Part shown: piece after piece, positions 39,951 to 55,621 of the stretch
Position numbering within the stretch: the first letter of the stretch is position 1
How the letters are laid out: every line of letters starts with the position of its first letter
NCBI RefSeq assembly: GCF_009914755.1
Contig: NC_060928.1
Strand: one strand, 5' to 3'
DNA: 64,000 nucleotides
Origin: the human T2T-CHM13v2.0 reference genome, Homo sapiens
Notes under the pieces: generated by a model
The model's database searches: none
What the model was told of the DNA's origin: nothing
The model's input: the letters and a program-made list of their open reading frames with translations, nothing else
Translations under genes and position numbers: made by a program

Positions 39951-42942
39951 CATCTATTGGTATTACTCTTTCAGGGCATTAGTTAGCATAGGGAGTGTTG
40001 CATGGGAATCTAGCCCACTATATTGAAAGACAATATTCAGAGCTTAACACATTCATAAATATTAATGAGAAAGGCAGAAGTGGTAGCAGAAATGTTAAAA
40101 TAAGTTTTTACAACCATAAGTGAAAATGCCTGTATGTCATGCCTTTATACCTCCCAAAATACTTGGTTATAGGGTAAAGCAGCCTCTACTGTTTCCCTCT
40201 CTTCTAACTCGGTAGAAGGTTAAGAGAGAAAAAAGTTATTTAGAATAATACACAATGTTTCCAGATGGATTTTACAAAGACAGAAGAACCTAATTCATGA
40301 CTCGCATCTAAGATCTTGGAGATCTTGTATTCTCTGTTAAGGAATTTGCTGATCTTCTCGTCATCAAGTTCAGAGCAAATAACTGTTCTGAATTTAAAAA
40401 AATAAAATTAGGTAAATTATTTGTGTCTTTTCTACAATTAGATTTAACTTCACTTAACTCACAAATATTGCACCTGATTACTTACATGCAAATTTTATCC
40501 CCACAGCTTTCATGTTAGACAGCAGTTTTCATACACAACAGGCTTCAGGAAGCCAGCTCTGATAGCTGCTTCCCCCTCACCCCGTCCTTCTTAGCAGCCT
40601 TGAGATGAGTCAGGAATCCTGCTTTCTTGTTCAACTTTCTCACATGTAGGTTTAGGAAGGATTAAGGCAGAAGCAAAGGTAATCATTGGAGTCCTCCTCC
40701 CTGGGGCTCTTCTCTCAAATCTTCCTGAGTTGTCTGTCTCAGTAGTGGGGTTTCCTTCCGTTCTCTCATCAGAGACATTCTTGACTCCCAACATTTACCA
40801 TTTTCTAGTCTCTTTTTATCAAAAATATTCCCCAGATATATATTTCTTAGTATTTCTTCAGAGTATGCAGCATTTTCTTACATTTATAGTGTGTTAGAAA
40901 TTCCTTGGACAAGCATAAAAATGTTGTTCATTACCATCTTGCCCCAACTTCTTCTTTTCATTTTTTCCTGTTGTTCATGTGGGTAGAGTTCAGCCACACC
41001 AAATTATTCACCTGTCACCAAATAGAACCCACCCTTTCAGACCATGGTGCATTTCCATGAGCAATTCTTTCTACTCACAGTGCCTACGGTGCCTTCCTTC
41101 TCTCACCCTCCCTACAAGCCTTGCATATGCCTCTGTGCTCTTCTCCCACGCTAGCTACACTGTGATGCCTCTCCCCTTGAGTGGGCCCATTTAGCTCGTT
41201 GCTCCCTCTGCTCCCAAGCCCTCTCATGTCACTTTCTCATTCACATACAACTTCCTATAGTCAATGTAGTTTAAATTCCAGCATCCTACACTACCATCTC
41301 ATTCAGTGGTTAGGCTCCAAACTGAACTGCATAAAGTGAAACGTAAAGTGAAAATAATAGAAACACAAAACTAATGATGAGAATCCACTAGGAACCTTTC
41401 CTACTCGACTTTGCCATACTAACCCTCAGTTATTTAATACACTAATAAATCCAGTACTGACCTCATTTTGAGTCTTTGAAATGAAGAGTAGCAGGTGTCA
41501 TGTTCCCTACTTAGACACAAGGAATCAGGTTTTAGGAACCCTACTAACTTGCTGTAACTTCACTCAGTTATTTATCGAGTCATAGAAATAGATTGTGAAG
41601 CCAAGTGTTTATATCTTAAGGCTTTTGTGCCAAACTATTTTTTGGTTCAAAACAATTAGAGGACTTGGACTTACAACAAGGAAAATATTTATAGACAAAT
41701 AAGGCAAAAGTATAAATGCTAAAAAATTATGAAAACCCTCAAAGATCTTCAGTGTTGCTAATTTGTATTCAAATGTTGTAGGGAATCTGTGAAGGTACAT
41801 AATTTCTACCTTTGAATTACAACAAACATATAATTAATACCTTTATGTTAAAATAACTAAATACATGTTTGAAGAGAGAGATCTGGAAGAAGCCTTCTTC
41901 TTACATGGTTACATCAAGATAGTTCTGACTTGGTTCTACTAATAAAGGGGACATGAAAAGCAGCAAAAGGAGAGAGACATTTCCTAATTCAACCACAATT
42001 TCAACTTAAGATTTTAAAATTTTCAAGTACTGAGTTTTTTGTTCATATTTCTATTTGCCTTGTATATCTGGCTTAAGCCACTGATTCTCCTTGAGAAGTA
42101 AGAACACATTTCTTTGGGAAGCTATGGGAAGGCAAACGATTGCTTGACCCCAAACACAAATATGAACTGTGTATTCCAAAGTTTAAATCTTCAAAGTAAA
42201 AGAATCATTGTGATTTAGTCAATAGCATCTTTTGAAAAGAGCTAAATGCTTCAGAACTTTCTCCAGAAGACACAATCAGTGTAACTTCAAATAGTTACCC
42301 AGTAGAAAAAGAACAGCATTTAATAACCACATAGAAGACACAGTTACGGGATAAAGGAAAGATGGAATTGAATCTGATCAGCACCCAGGTGTGACAGCAG
42401 GGCCATGAAATTATCAACTACAGGCAAGTGCAGTGCGACTGCAATACTAAGCGCTGATGCTGGAGAACACAGCGGGGCAATACTGAGATTGAAGAAAAGA
42501 AGGTAATTTACACTCTGTACAGAGATAAAACTCAGCAAAAGCATGCCATAGAGTTCCAGGAGTATTTACTGAGAAGATTCATCACAAGCTAAGGAAGAAA
42601 TCAGAACGGAAAAGGATGCTGAGAAAAGGGAACAACTTTCAAGGACAAAAGCTAAAGATAAAGAAAATGTTAAAGATAATTTTAAAACATTTTGACTTGT
42701 TGTTTTTGTTTATTTTACAAAATGCCCAAGTGAAAAAAAATTCCTCTTACAAACTAGTACGATGGAGTATTAAAATTTCTTATATTGGACATCTGTTAAA
42801 AAGGCATTTTGGCAAATAAGGGAATCGTAGCTAAGGATTAGAATTTCTATTATTATCTAACTTTATTTGTTTAAGGGAAACATCATTTGGAAGCTGTCAG
42901 TCATGATGCCGCAGAAAAACACTCTCACCGGTGCTCTTCAGA

Positions 42943-43091
42943 CACCACGCTTGGCTAATTTTTGTATTTTTAGTAGAGACGAGGTTTTGCCACATTGGCC
43001 AGGCTGGTCTTGAATTCCTGACTTCAGGTGATCTGCCCGCCTTGGCCTCCTAAAGTACCGAGATTACAGGTGTGAGCCATTGTGTCAGGTC
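42943..43091 (-). mobile_element. Alu left arm plus start of right arm; 3' part and tail missing
   Basis: Reverse-complement left monomer and A-rich linker; no poly-T or TSD seen. Confidence 0.9.
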
Positions 43092-44155
43092 AGTAATTTA
43101 TATTTCTATCATTTCTAATTGGTTTTAAATGATGCAATAAGCCTTTCTGGTTTCTTGAGTCCAGGCTTATTTCTCTCCATGACCCTTGATTTGTGTTTGG
43201 TATTTTAGCTGTGTCTATTTCCTGTTGCATAACACTCTGGATGTTTCCTATGGATTTGATCATTTCTTCTTTTGTAAATTTTATCTTCACCAAATATTTA
43301 TTTAAAAATGTGTTGTCACATTTCAGATTTTCTGCATTTCATAAGCTTTTTCTTAACGAGTAAATGAGGCAAAGCATAATGCACACTTAGCAGAATTCTT
43401 GGTACATAATATGTGCTTAATAAATGCTCTTTTCTTTGATTCTTGGTAATAATCTTCATATAATTCTTAATGGGTAGGTTTAATTATGTTCTCATTCTGA
43501 ACCTACATTACCCGGTTGCAGCATTCCATACACAGAGCATGTCGGTTTTGAAACTGTCTTCCATTCCTCGCTGACTTTCACACAGCGCTACTCTGCTCAT
43601 TGTGAGCACTCGCTTCCACCTTGCACACTGGCAGCCGCACACATTGGGAGGGCCCTTATTCATGTATCTGTGTTTATAGGCTCTCTTTGATACTCACGTT
43701 ATATTCTGTCTAGATGCCATATTTATTTACATAATCATACTTATGTAATTATATATTAATTACAATTATATGTTTATAAATTTTATGAAACTTGGTGAAA
43801 ACTAGATTATCCATAGCCTCTTCCCAGTCTCTGCATTGCAGCTGCCCTTCTAATTTCGCTCCCATTTCTTGGAAGATCTTCCATGCTGACTGGATGTATT
43901 CACTTCCTGTCTGTAACTCCTATAGTATTTGTTGGAATTTCTCACTTGATACTTCCCTTGCTATCTTTATGCATCATATCCTATTTATACCAGCCAAGTC
44001 TCTGGAAAGAAGGAAAGGTATTGTGTTTGTCTAATCACAGTCACTTGGTCTAAAAGGTATTCAGGCCCTTTGTTTTGTGAGAAACTGAATACCTGTAGAA
44101 AAATTTGAATCATTCTTACTTATGGATATGGTGTAGGTATGCTGTAGGTCAGGGC

Positions 44156-44387
<232 letters not shown>

Positions 44388-46279
44388 TAGGTCAGGTTTT
44401 TAAAGCCAAGTTCTAGAGCTAAAAGCGAGTCTGTGTACTCCTACAGAGTCCACAGACAAGTCATGTAGTTGAGAAACGAGGTGACAAAGCCAAACAATGG
44501 ATAGGAATGAGATAAACCGGCGTTCACGCTGGCACATGAAATGAACTTGAAAGTCCCGGGATTCCACGGAAGATGAAGATTCTCAAAATTAAGTTCAAAC
44601 ACACCCAGATTGGTAGATGTCAGAGTTGGAGAAGAGAAACACTGAACTTGGCCAGAAGAAAATCCAAAGCAGAGGTGAGAAGAGCCATGCGTCTTGCTGT
44701 GTCCCAAAATGTGATAAGTTCATACAGAAGCCATTTGTCTCTGACAATTTTTTTTCTCTAGAATTCAAAGGTAGGGTTTTCCTGAACCGATTTGGCTGGA
44801 ATGCGCAGTGTCACACTGCCCAGATTTTACTCTCTGTTCATAGAGACGCAGGTGTATTGAACGGATTAGACAGTATTATGACATTCATTATAAACCAAGT
44901 GGCTCTCTTTGAGGCTCTTCAGACACAGCTGTTCATCCATAGAGCCCCGCTGCCTTACACAGGCACACACACGTTTGCGTGTGCCTAGATGATGAACTTT
45001 ATAGGTACGGCCTCTCTCCCTACACTGTAGGAGAGGACAGAGTGAGTGGAAAGAAGGATTCATCTCCTGCATTCCACTTCACGAAAAGATCATTAGCTTG
45101 AAAACCAAGGGCTGTTCAGTGCTCCAGGCATTCGTCTCCCATCACTCCTGTGACCTCCATAAAATCACACTTACATTTCAAGATCAGTTTTTTCCAGTTT
45201 TGTGGTTGGATATGAAGTAGCTGATACACCCATCTAGCTGTGCACTTTACAAGTCGTAAGAACAGCGGTGGATTCCATTTCTTTCTATTCCTGGTATTGA
45301 TAAATCATCAGTTTCATCTTCATACCTGACTGAGAACTTTTCATGGCTAGTTTCCCTGGCTGAGCTCACAGAGTGCTAGCAGACGTCCTCCCCTGCTCTG
45401 GGTTTATCACCACCCGACACCAATTTCTGTTGCTAAACTTCTCAGCTCACCACTTCCCCATCCCGTCCTCACAAAAACCTTCCACTAGTAGAAGCTCCAC
45501 TTTATTTTGCTATAATTTTCAATATCTTGTCCTTTTCATTTCCACATCCTACACTTATTTGGATATACATATTTGGAGAGATTTATCTGTTTTGTTCAAC
45601 ACCTGCTAAGACGTTTTTCAAGATTAGCCCATAATGTAGCTCATATTTTGGCAAGGTTGAAGAGTTCTTCTAAGAATGTAGTATCTTTCCTTGCATTCTT
45701 GTACTTTATCTTGGCTCTTGGTCATGCCTAACATGTCATGCATTTTCTCACCCTAACACAAAGCTTCTATGTAACCCATAATCATTATCTAGGTTAACAA
45801 TTCTGCCCCAGATATCCTATTGTATTTCTCCTTAGTGAAGATTTGAAAGCTTTACATCTATAAGTCTCTTTAGTTTGTTTTTTTGATGATTTCTATAAAT
45901 TATACACACTTTATTTTGATGAAAAAGTGCAAATGATTAGAAAGACAAGTAGTTGGGTAGGCCCACCGGTAAGCCATGGCCACGTTGGTGGAATGTATTT
46001 GAGGAGTGTGTTTATGAATGGCTCTGTGCATGTGTGCGTTTCAGGAAGGAGACTGGTGCAGCCTGTACATATGCAGAGCTGTATATTGTGTCTACAGTTG
46101 ATACATTTCTTCTTACATTCACCAGCTGTGCTGTGATCCCTGCCGGAACTCCAGGTAACTATATTCTTCAGACAAATTTCCAAGGTTCAAGGTTGCAGTT
46201 TATAAACTATATCATCCAATCACCTATTTTGTGGGTAGTCTAGTTTTTGCCAAGTTTTATAACATTTATAAATATATAA

Positions 46280-46601
<322 letters not shown>

Positions 46602-47737
46602 GACTACAGTTTTTTTTAAAAGATATATTTTTAAGCACAAGATTTATTAATTTATAAATTGTGCCTCTCGTTTAAGATTCTGATATCAGGGTTTTGAATG
46701 TTAACAGGCCATCATTGCCTGGCAGAAATATAATTTACTATAATTCAATTTTATTTTTACAAACATCTCTTGTTGATAGTTGATTATGCTTCTGTGAAGA
46801 GATTTTAGAATCCGATTCTATAAACCTGAGGTATTGTGTTTTATTATTGGCCCACATTATCTTTAAAGAAACACAGCTTATAAGCAGCTTATTTAATTAA
46901 AATAAACTTTCACTTTGTTCCCTACCTGCTTCAGTGAGCACATTGAGTCTTTTGTATAATACAATGACAAGGATCATATTTTTCACCATATCTGGCTTTT
47001 TTCGAAGGTCTTTTTGTTCAGTCATTTATCTTTCCAAAGACCTGGACACTCATAAGTATCCTAATTATTGAAAACAAAACTATTAATAGTTTTCTTTATT
47101 AAGGGTACACCAGGTCAATTACAGAGCAAATCACTTTTATCTAAAAAAACACAAGTTTTCTGAAAGTAATAAATCTGCAGATAACTTTTAGAGAGATGAG
47201 GAATTGATACAAAAAAATGACTTCTGAAATTTAAAATAACTAATTTGAAACACATTGCTAAATTACTCCTCCCAAAATGAAGACTCCTGAAATTTAAATA
47301 ATTGCTTTAATGGAGATGAGTAGTAAATGCCAAAGTGAAATGAGAAGTGTATTTTTAGAGACTCTAACCTGTCGGAGATTACATACTAGAAGCACATATT
47401 TTGCCTTTGATTGCTGCAGACACAGGCATCCTTTTGAGACCTTTAACAATTCACATTGACTGTCACTTTTCCAGATAAACATACGCAAAACATTTGCTGC
47501 AGCAAACCTTGAGATCATGCTAAAACATATAAATCAAACAATTAACACATACCAAGTCATCATATTTTCCCCTTTTAAGAATTAGTCGCAGTAGCCTTTT
47601 AGCTATAAACTGTGTTATCCTAAAGTTTCACATAGAAAGTAATCAAGAGACCAAGTTTTCCTAAGATTTCATATGATCCTGTAGCAGAACTGTATAGATT
47701 CAAGACAGTGACTGTTATTATTAAAAATAACATATCT

Positions 47738-48250
47738 TTAGTTAGAGTTAACATGACTGTCTAACAAATCATCCAAAGTGTAATGGCTTAAAATAGTGAC
47801 AAAATTTATTTTTCTCACAAATCCTCAGTTTGGGAGGGACTCAGGGGAACTGTTTGGCTCTGCTCCACATGGTGTTGGGTGGAGCTTCTCAGAGTCTGGG
47901 GCTGTCATCATCTACCGGCTCGTTATCTCATCTGTCTAGCACTTGGCTCTTGCTGTGGCAGGGACCTTACCTGGTGCTATTGGTCAGAACACCCACACAT
48001 GACCTCTCCGTGTGGTCTGGACATTCCTGCAACGTAGTGCCTGGCCTTCAAGAGCAAGTGGGAGACAGAAAGAGCTGGGCAAAAGCGGCATTGGTTTTAT
48101 GACTTAGCTACAGAAATCACAAAGCATGAGATGCGCCATAACAGTCATAATTCCCACCCAGATTCAAGGGGAAGAAAACAGACCTCAGCTCTCCACAGGA
48201 CAGGTGTTGGTCATATTATAAGAAGAACACGTGGGGTAGGTTATCAATGT
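47738..48250 (-). mobile_element. MaLR LTR (MLT1H-like)
   Basis: taacaaatcatccaaa...tggcttaaaa...ctctgctccacatggtgtt...gacctctccgtgtgg...cccagattcaaggggaag. Confidence 0.8.
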
Positions 48251-49327
48251 GGATGTGGGTGTTTGTGTTTGTGTGTGCTTGTGTATCCATGCACATGTAG
48301 GAACACACAGACACATATGTGAAAACATTTCAGGGATGCAACTTGTCACTCTTGGCCTCATTTCAATTCCAGTGGAAATATAAGATTTTAATACCTTGTG
48401 GAAACTGCTGGAACTCTCTTCAAGAAGCTGACCTTACTCCAAGAGCAACTGAACAAGTTGGGTAGGCACTACCAGCGAGGACCCCTCCATAAACCCTTAG
48501 ATTCTGTCAGTACTGAAGGAGAAAACTCCAATTAAGAGTGGGAGAGTACCATACCATGAAAGCAGAATAGTAAAAACTGTTGTTCCTGCCAGCCCAGCAT
48601 CCTTTTTTTTTCAAATATGTATCTATTTACTTTTGAGGAAGCTGTGGCTTCCACAGGCATTTATGATATCTCTTGGTTCTTGTGATTTTTACTGATACAT
48701 GCCTAACCAAAAAGATTATTTCATCCCCCATGGCCATAGTGATGGACTTAGCAAAAAGTTACAGCCAATGTTTATTATCATTGGGAGTTTTGCTCAAATT
48801 TGGGAAAAATATAAACATTTCTATTGCAACAATCAAGTAAGATGTAAGCCTGTGTTGCTACTGAAATAAATGCATACAGAAAATAGCAAAGATGAACAGA
48901 AACAGGTACCTTATGCATCATTTGAGCCTTTAGAAATAGCAAAGGTAACCTTCTAGTAATGTGGGCAAATTTATCCCTTTTTTCTTACTTCTCTGTTTAT
49001 TAACTCAGTCAACTGGGTTTCTGTCAGTTATAATTGAGGACCCCAAATAAATACTATGTGGGTGTTAAGAAGTTTAAAGAAAACAGATGTTTTCACAGTG
49101 GAAATAGAATTAATTGCATTCCACAAACAGCAAAATAGCAAAAAGGCAGATGCAAGTCCAGACATGTCAATGACTACATTAGATGTAAATAGAATCACTT
49201 CAATCAAAAGGCTGATATTGTCAGATATCATCTGACAATAACATCCTTTATTGGCATATAACAGATAACATCTACAATTAAGGCAGATAATATCTACAAT
49301 TAAGAACCTCTCTATTTATTTTAGCTA

Positions 49328-50265
49328 GACAACCTACAGTATAGAAGAAAATTTTTTCAATCTATCCATCTGACAAAGGGCTAATATACAGAATCTACAA
49401 GGAACTTAAACAAATTTACAAGAAAAGAACAAACAACCCCATGAAAAAGTGGGCAAAGGATACGAACAGACACTTCTCATAAGAAGACATGTATGTGGCC
49501 AACAAACATATGAAAAAAAGCTCATCATCACTGGTGATTAGAGAAATGCAAGTCAAAACCACAATGAGATACCATCTCATGCCAGTTAGAATGGCAATCA
49601 TTAAAAAGTCAGGAAACAACAGATGCTGGAGAAGATGTAGGGAAATAGGACCGCTTTTACACTGTTGGTGGGAGTGTAAATTAGTTCAACCGTTGTGGAA
49701 GACAGTGTGGAAATTCCTCAAGGATCTAGAACTAGAAATACCATTTGACCCAGCAATCCCATTACTGGGTATAGACCCAAAGGATTATAAATCATTCTAC
49801 CATAAAGACACATGCATACGTGTGTTTACTGCAGCACTATTCACAACAGCAAGGACTTAGAACCAACCAAATGCCCATCAATGGTAGACTGGATAAAGAA
49901 AATGTGGCACATATACACCATGGAATACTATGCAGCCAGAAAAAAGATGAGTTCATGTCCTTTTCAGGGACATGGATGAAGCTGGAAACCATCATTGTCA
50001 GCAAACACAGGAACAGAAAACCAAACACCGCATGTTCTCACTCATAAGTAGGAGTTGAACAATGAGAACACATGGACTCAGGGAGGGGAACATCACACAC
50101 TTGGGCCTGTTGGGGTGTAGGGGGCAAGGGGAGGGATAGCATTAGGAGAAATACCTAATATAGATGACGGGTTGATGGGTGCAGCAAACCACCATGGCAC
50201 ATGTATACCTACATAACAAACCTGAACGTTCTGCACATGTATCCCAGAACTTAAAGTATAATTTT
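49328..50265 (+). mobile_element. 5'-truncated L1PA (L1PA7-like) 3' end
   Basis: ORF 49489..49860 is the ORF2p C-terminus ([17 protein letters not shown]...DPAIPLLGI); L1PA 3'UTR ending GAACTTAAAGTATAAT. Confidence 0.95.
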
Positions 50266-51651
50266 TAAAAAGGAAAGAAAGAAGAGCAAATTAAATGCAA
50301 AGCAAGAAAGAAGAATTAGTAAAGATTATACAGAAGAAAAAAACATAATAAATCAATAAAATCAAAAGTTGTACATTTAAAATATCCACAAAATTGATAG
50401 ACATTTTGTAAACTGACAAAAAAGAGACGACACGAATTAACTAAATCAGAAATGAAAGACTGGATGCTACTACTGATGTCACAGAAATTAAAAGAATTTT
50501 AAAGGAATAATATGAAAAACTGTATCAAGACAAATTAGACAACTTAAATGAAATGAACAAATTCCTAGAAAGACACAAGTTGCTAGGACTAACTCAAGAA
50601 GAAATAGAAAATATGAATAGAACTAGAACTATAAAACATAAAGAAATTCAGTTAAGATTTAAATTTTTTCCCAAAAAGAAAACTCCAGGCCTGTCACAGA
50701 GGAATTCAATCAAACATTTAAGAAACAATACCAATCTTTCACAAACTCCTCCAGAAAACACAAGTAGAGGGAACACTTCTCAACTTATTCTATGAGTCTC
50801 ATATTTAATAACAAAAACCAATGGCATCTCAAGGAAAGAAAACTACACGCAAAGATCTCTCATAAAGGTCAATGCAAAAATTCATGACAAAATACTAGCA
50901 AGCCAAATTTAGTAAAATATTAAAGAATTATACATCATGATCAAGAATGGTTTATATTAGAAATGTGATTTTTATTTGAATTAAAATTTAGAAATTCAAT
51001 TAACTTAAGACACTATATTAATTAAACTAAGGGCATAATCCAAATGATCATCTTGATAGATGCGAAATCATTTTACAAAGTCTAACACATATTCCATATA
51101 AATCCAACACTCATTCATTGTCAAATCCCTCAACAAGCTATAAGTAGAAGGGAAATATTTCAATATGATAAAGGACAGTCAAAAAACCTACAACTAATAT
51201 CATACTTCATGGTAAAAGAATTAATGTGTCAGCCCTAAAATTAGAAAGAAGGCCAGCACACTGACTTGCCACTTTTATTGAACATTGTTCTTGCTAGAAG
51301 TTCAATAGGTACAAAAAGGCAATTGAAGGAAGTAAGGGCCGTTCAGACCGTGAGGAAATTCATCAAAGTGTTTTTATTCCCAGACAATATGATCCTCTAG
51401 GTAGAAAAACCTAAGCAATTTACAAAAATGCTACAGAAAATAATAAATAGGTTTAGCAAGTTAGGTGGATTCAAGCAGTGTACCAATGTCAACAAATGTC
51501 TATATATTACCAATATATAACATAAAAACAAAACTAATGTACAAATCCATTCCTAATGGCATAAAAATGTAATATAAGTAGTATAAGATTTGTATCTGAA
51601 AAATACAAATCATTGCTGGGAGAAATGAAAGAACATTTTTAAAAAGAGAAA

Positions 51652-52373
51652 CACCTTACCACAGCCAGAATGTCCATTACTCAAAAGTCAGAACAAACCA
51701 AAACAGCATATTGGGTTGGATGTGGTGAGAAGGGAAAAATTAGACTCTACCGATGGGGATGGAAATTGGTACAACCCCTATGGGAAATAGTAAGGAGATT
51801 TCTCAAAAAACTGAAAGTAGATTCACCACTGAATCCAGCAATCCCATTGGTGGGTATCTAGCCAAAGAAAAAGCAGTCATGATATAAAAACAACAACAAC
51901 AAAAACAAAAACCCACACACACCTGCCTGTGTAGATTTATTGCAGGATAATCCACAATTGCCAAAATATGGAGCCAATCTAAGTGCCCACGAACTGATGA
52001 GTGGATAGAGAAAATGTGGTAGAAGTACACCATGAAATACTATTCAGCCATTTAAAAAAAGAACAAAATAATGTCTTCTGCAGCAACTTGGATGGAGCTG
52101 GAGGCCATTATTCTAAGTGAAGTAACTCAGGAATGGAAAAGCAAATACTGCATGTTCTCACTTGTAAGTGGGAGCTCTGCTCTGGGTACATAAAGGCATA
52201 CGGAGTGTTCTAATGGACACTGGAGACTCAGAAGACAAAGTGGGAGGGAGTGACAGATTTTTTAAAAACCTACATATTGGGTACAATGTGCGCTACTCAG
52301 GTGACGGGTGCACTAAAATCTCAGACTTTGCCACTATACAATTTATCCATTTAACCAAAAACCACTTGCACCC
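51652..52373 (+). mobile_element. L1PB-type 3' fragment (L1PB4-like) without poly-A
   Basis: ORF2 C-terminal motif (KLVQPLW...NPAIPLVGI) and 3'UTR gggtgcactaaaatctcagac...aaccaaaaaccacttg. Confidence 0.85.
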
Positions 52374-52808
52374 TGTTCATAGTTTGGAAAACTCAATATT
52401 GTGAAGGTGACACTTTATTCCAAAATTGATCTATAGATTCAACACAATCCCTTATTAAAGTCCCTGCAGAGTTTTTGTTTTTGCTTCTGCTTTTGTTTTT
52501 GCAGAAATTTACAAGCAGAGTCTAAAATGTATATGGGAAGGCCATCAATTTTCTAAAAGACTATCCTTTCCCTCTTATACCTTAGGTATACATCTATAGA
52601 TCAATGTCTAGAAACAAATCTTTCCATTTATATTAAATTTATCACAAAGATGCCAAGGCAATTTAAGGTGGAAAGGTCAGTCTTTTAGAAAACTGATGCT
52701 GAGACAATTGAATATTCACATACAAAAATATGAGTTTATACCCTTACTTCACATGAACTCAAAGTGGATCATAGACCTAAATGTAAGTATTAAACTATAG
52801 AACTTTTA

Positions 52809-52996
<188 letters not shown>

Positions 52997-53506
52997 AATT
53001 CTTTTTTTGACACCAAAAGCATAACCAATAAATGGAAAAAAAATTGGATGTTATCAAAACTTAAAATGATTATATGTCAAAGGACACTATTAAAAGACAC
53101 TATCAGGAAAACAAAAGGAAAAGTCACAGATTAAGATGAATTATTTGCAAATTATATTTCAGATAAAATATATTTTTTCTGGAATTTATTACAACTTTTA
53201 CAATTCAACAATAAGAACACAAAAGTCCCAATGGGAAAATGGGCCAAAAATGTGAACAGACACTTTACCAAAAATGGTATATGAATTCCTAATAAATAAA
53301 GATATTCTCAATATAATTTGTTATTTGGGACATGAAAATTAAAACCACAATGACATCCTGATTAACATGAATGAAAGTAGCTATAATAAAAGTGATAAAC
53401 AATGACAAATGTTAGAGTGAGGGTATGTAGAAACAGTCATCTTCATGCATTGCAGGTGGGAATGTAAAAATGGTACTGCCATTTTGTAAACAGTTTGACA
53501 GTTTTA

Positions 53507-53914
<408 letters not shown>

Positions 53915-55262
53915 TCAAATATTATACCATTATTCTTAATAAACAGAATATGAAAACAATTTATATGTCCATCAACTAATGAATGGATAAACAAAATATG
54001 TATATTCATGCCACAAAAATTTTGCAATAAAAAAAGAAGTACTGATACATGCTATCACATGTTTTGAGATGAATCTCAAAAACATTATGCTAAATTAGAG
54101 AAGCCAGATGCAAAAGCCCACATATCCCATGATTCAATTTAATGAAAGTCCAGAGGGTTCCATCCCTGGAGTCAGAAAGTAGCTAGTGGGGTGTGGGTGG
54201 GACTAGGGATTGCACACACCGCCAAGAAGAATTTTCGGGGAGTGATAATGGAGATGTAGTAAAATTTGATTTGGGTAATGGTTGCACAACTCTTTAATTT
54301 TATTAAAAATAAGTGCCTTATAAAATTAAAATGTTGAATTTTATAATACATATATTAAAACATATATATAGTACCTCAATAAGTGCTTCAAAAATTTTTG
54401 TAACAAGTTAACTATATTTAAGTACCAAAAAGTAAATAAAATGATAGGACATACACCATATTTTGCCCATTGAGAAGAAAACACCAAGGAAAAGCCTTAA
54501 GAAAACACAGTGCCTCTGTGAGATGCATGACTTACTTTGTCTTCTGTGTAAAAATTAATTAGAAACATACTCTAGCAAACCTATTTGACTACTTACAATG
54601 ATGTTATTAAAATGGCAAACTACTTTTTCTCTGTTTATTAGAAGAGAAATTGTTTTATAATATTTTGCTTAAAATAAATCACTCCAATTGTTTCAAATCT
54701 GTTGTAGTTTTGACATTATTTCCCTCAAGTGTTTAATTTCTGCTGAGAGTTTAATTGCTAATGTAATAATTTTAAATATAGTGAGATACTTTATATAGCA
54801 TATAATTAAAGTATATAAATTGTGAACTGAATTTCACATAGCCAGAATTACCATAACACTACATATTCTCTTTTATATTTTATAAATTTACAACTTACAA
54901 AACACTTATGCAATTTACTGATCAGTTACTTTGCATCCGAAAAAAACCTAGTCTTTGAAAATTCATTAAGAATAAAATAAACAATAACGTATAAATTTGT
55001 GAAGCCTAATTCTAGAAGAAGATTTATTTCATGTTCTTTTCAAAAGTTACCTGTTAGAATTTGTCTTAAGTGGCCAATTGATGAAATGATAAAATTTTTT
55101 AAAAAATTTATTTGCCTCATTTCTGTATTCAGAACCACATGCAACTCTGTTTCTACTGTATGATTATTATTTTTTAAACCATTAAATTCAATGCCATGTA
55201 GGTCACTATGAAGACATTTGTGGAAAAATCACACGTGCATTTTTGTCAGTCTCATAACAAGG

Positions 55263-55621
55263 TGTATTAGTCTGTTTTGACACTGCTAATAAAGACTATC
55301 CAAGACTGGGTAATTTATAAAGGAGAGAGGTTTAATGGACTCACAGTTCCACATGGCTGGGGAGGCCTCACAATCATGGCGGAAGGCAAAGGAGGAACAA
55401 AGGCACATCTTACATGGCAGCAAGCAAGAAAGTGTGTGCAAGGCAACTGCCCTTTATAAAACCATCAGATCTTGTGAGACTTACTATCAAGAGAAAAGCA
55501 TAGAAAAAACCCACCCCCATGATTCAATTACGTCCTCCAGGATCCCTCCCACAACACATGAGGATTATGGGAGATACAATTCAAAATGAGATTTGGATGG
55601 AGACACAGACAAACCATGTCA
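55263..55621 (-). mobile_element. THE1 solo LTR (MaLR)
   Basis: TGTATTAGTC...AAACCATGTCA termini; 5-bp TSD CAAGG (55258-55262 and 55622-55626). Confidence 0.95.

Noticed and set aside
49489-49860. 123-aa ORF as a host gene
   Set aside because: C-terminus of L1 ORF2p in a 5'-truncated copy.
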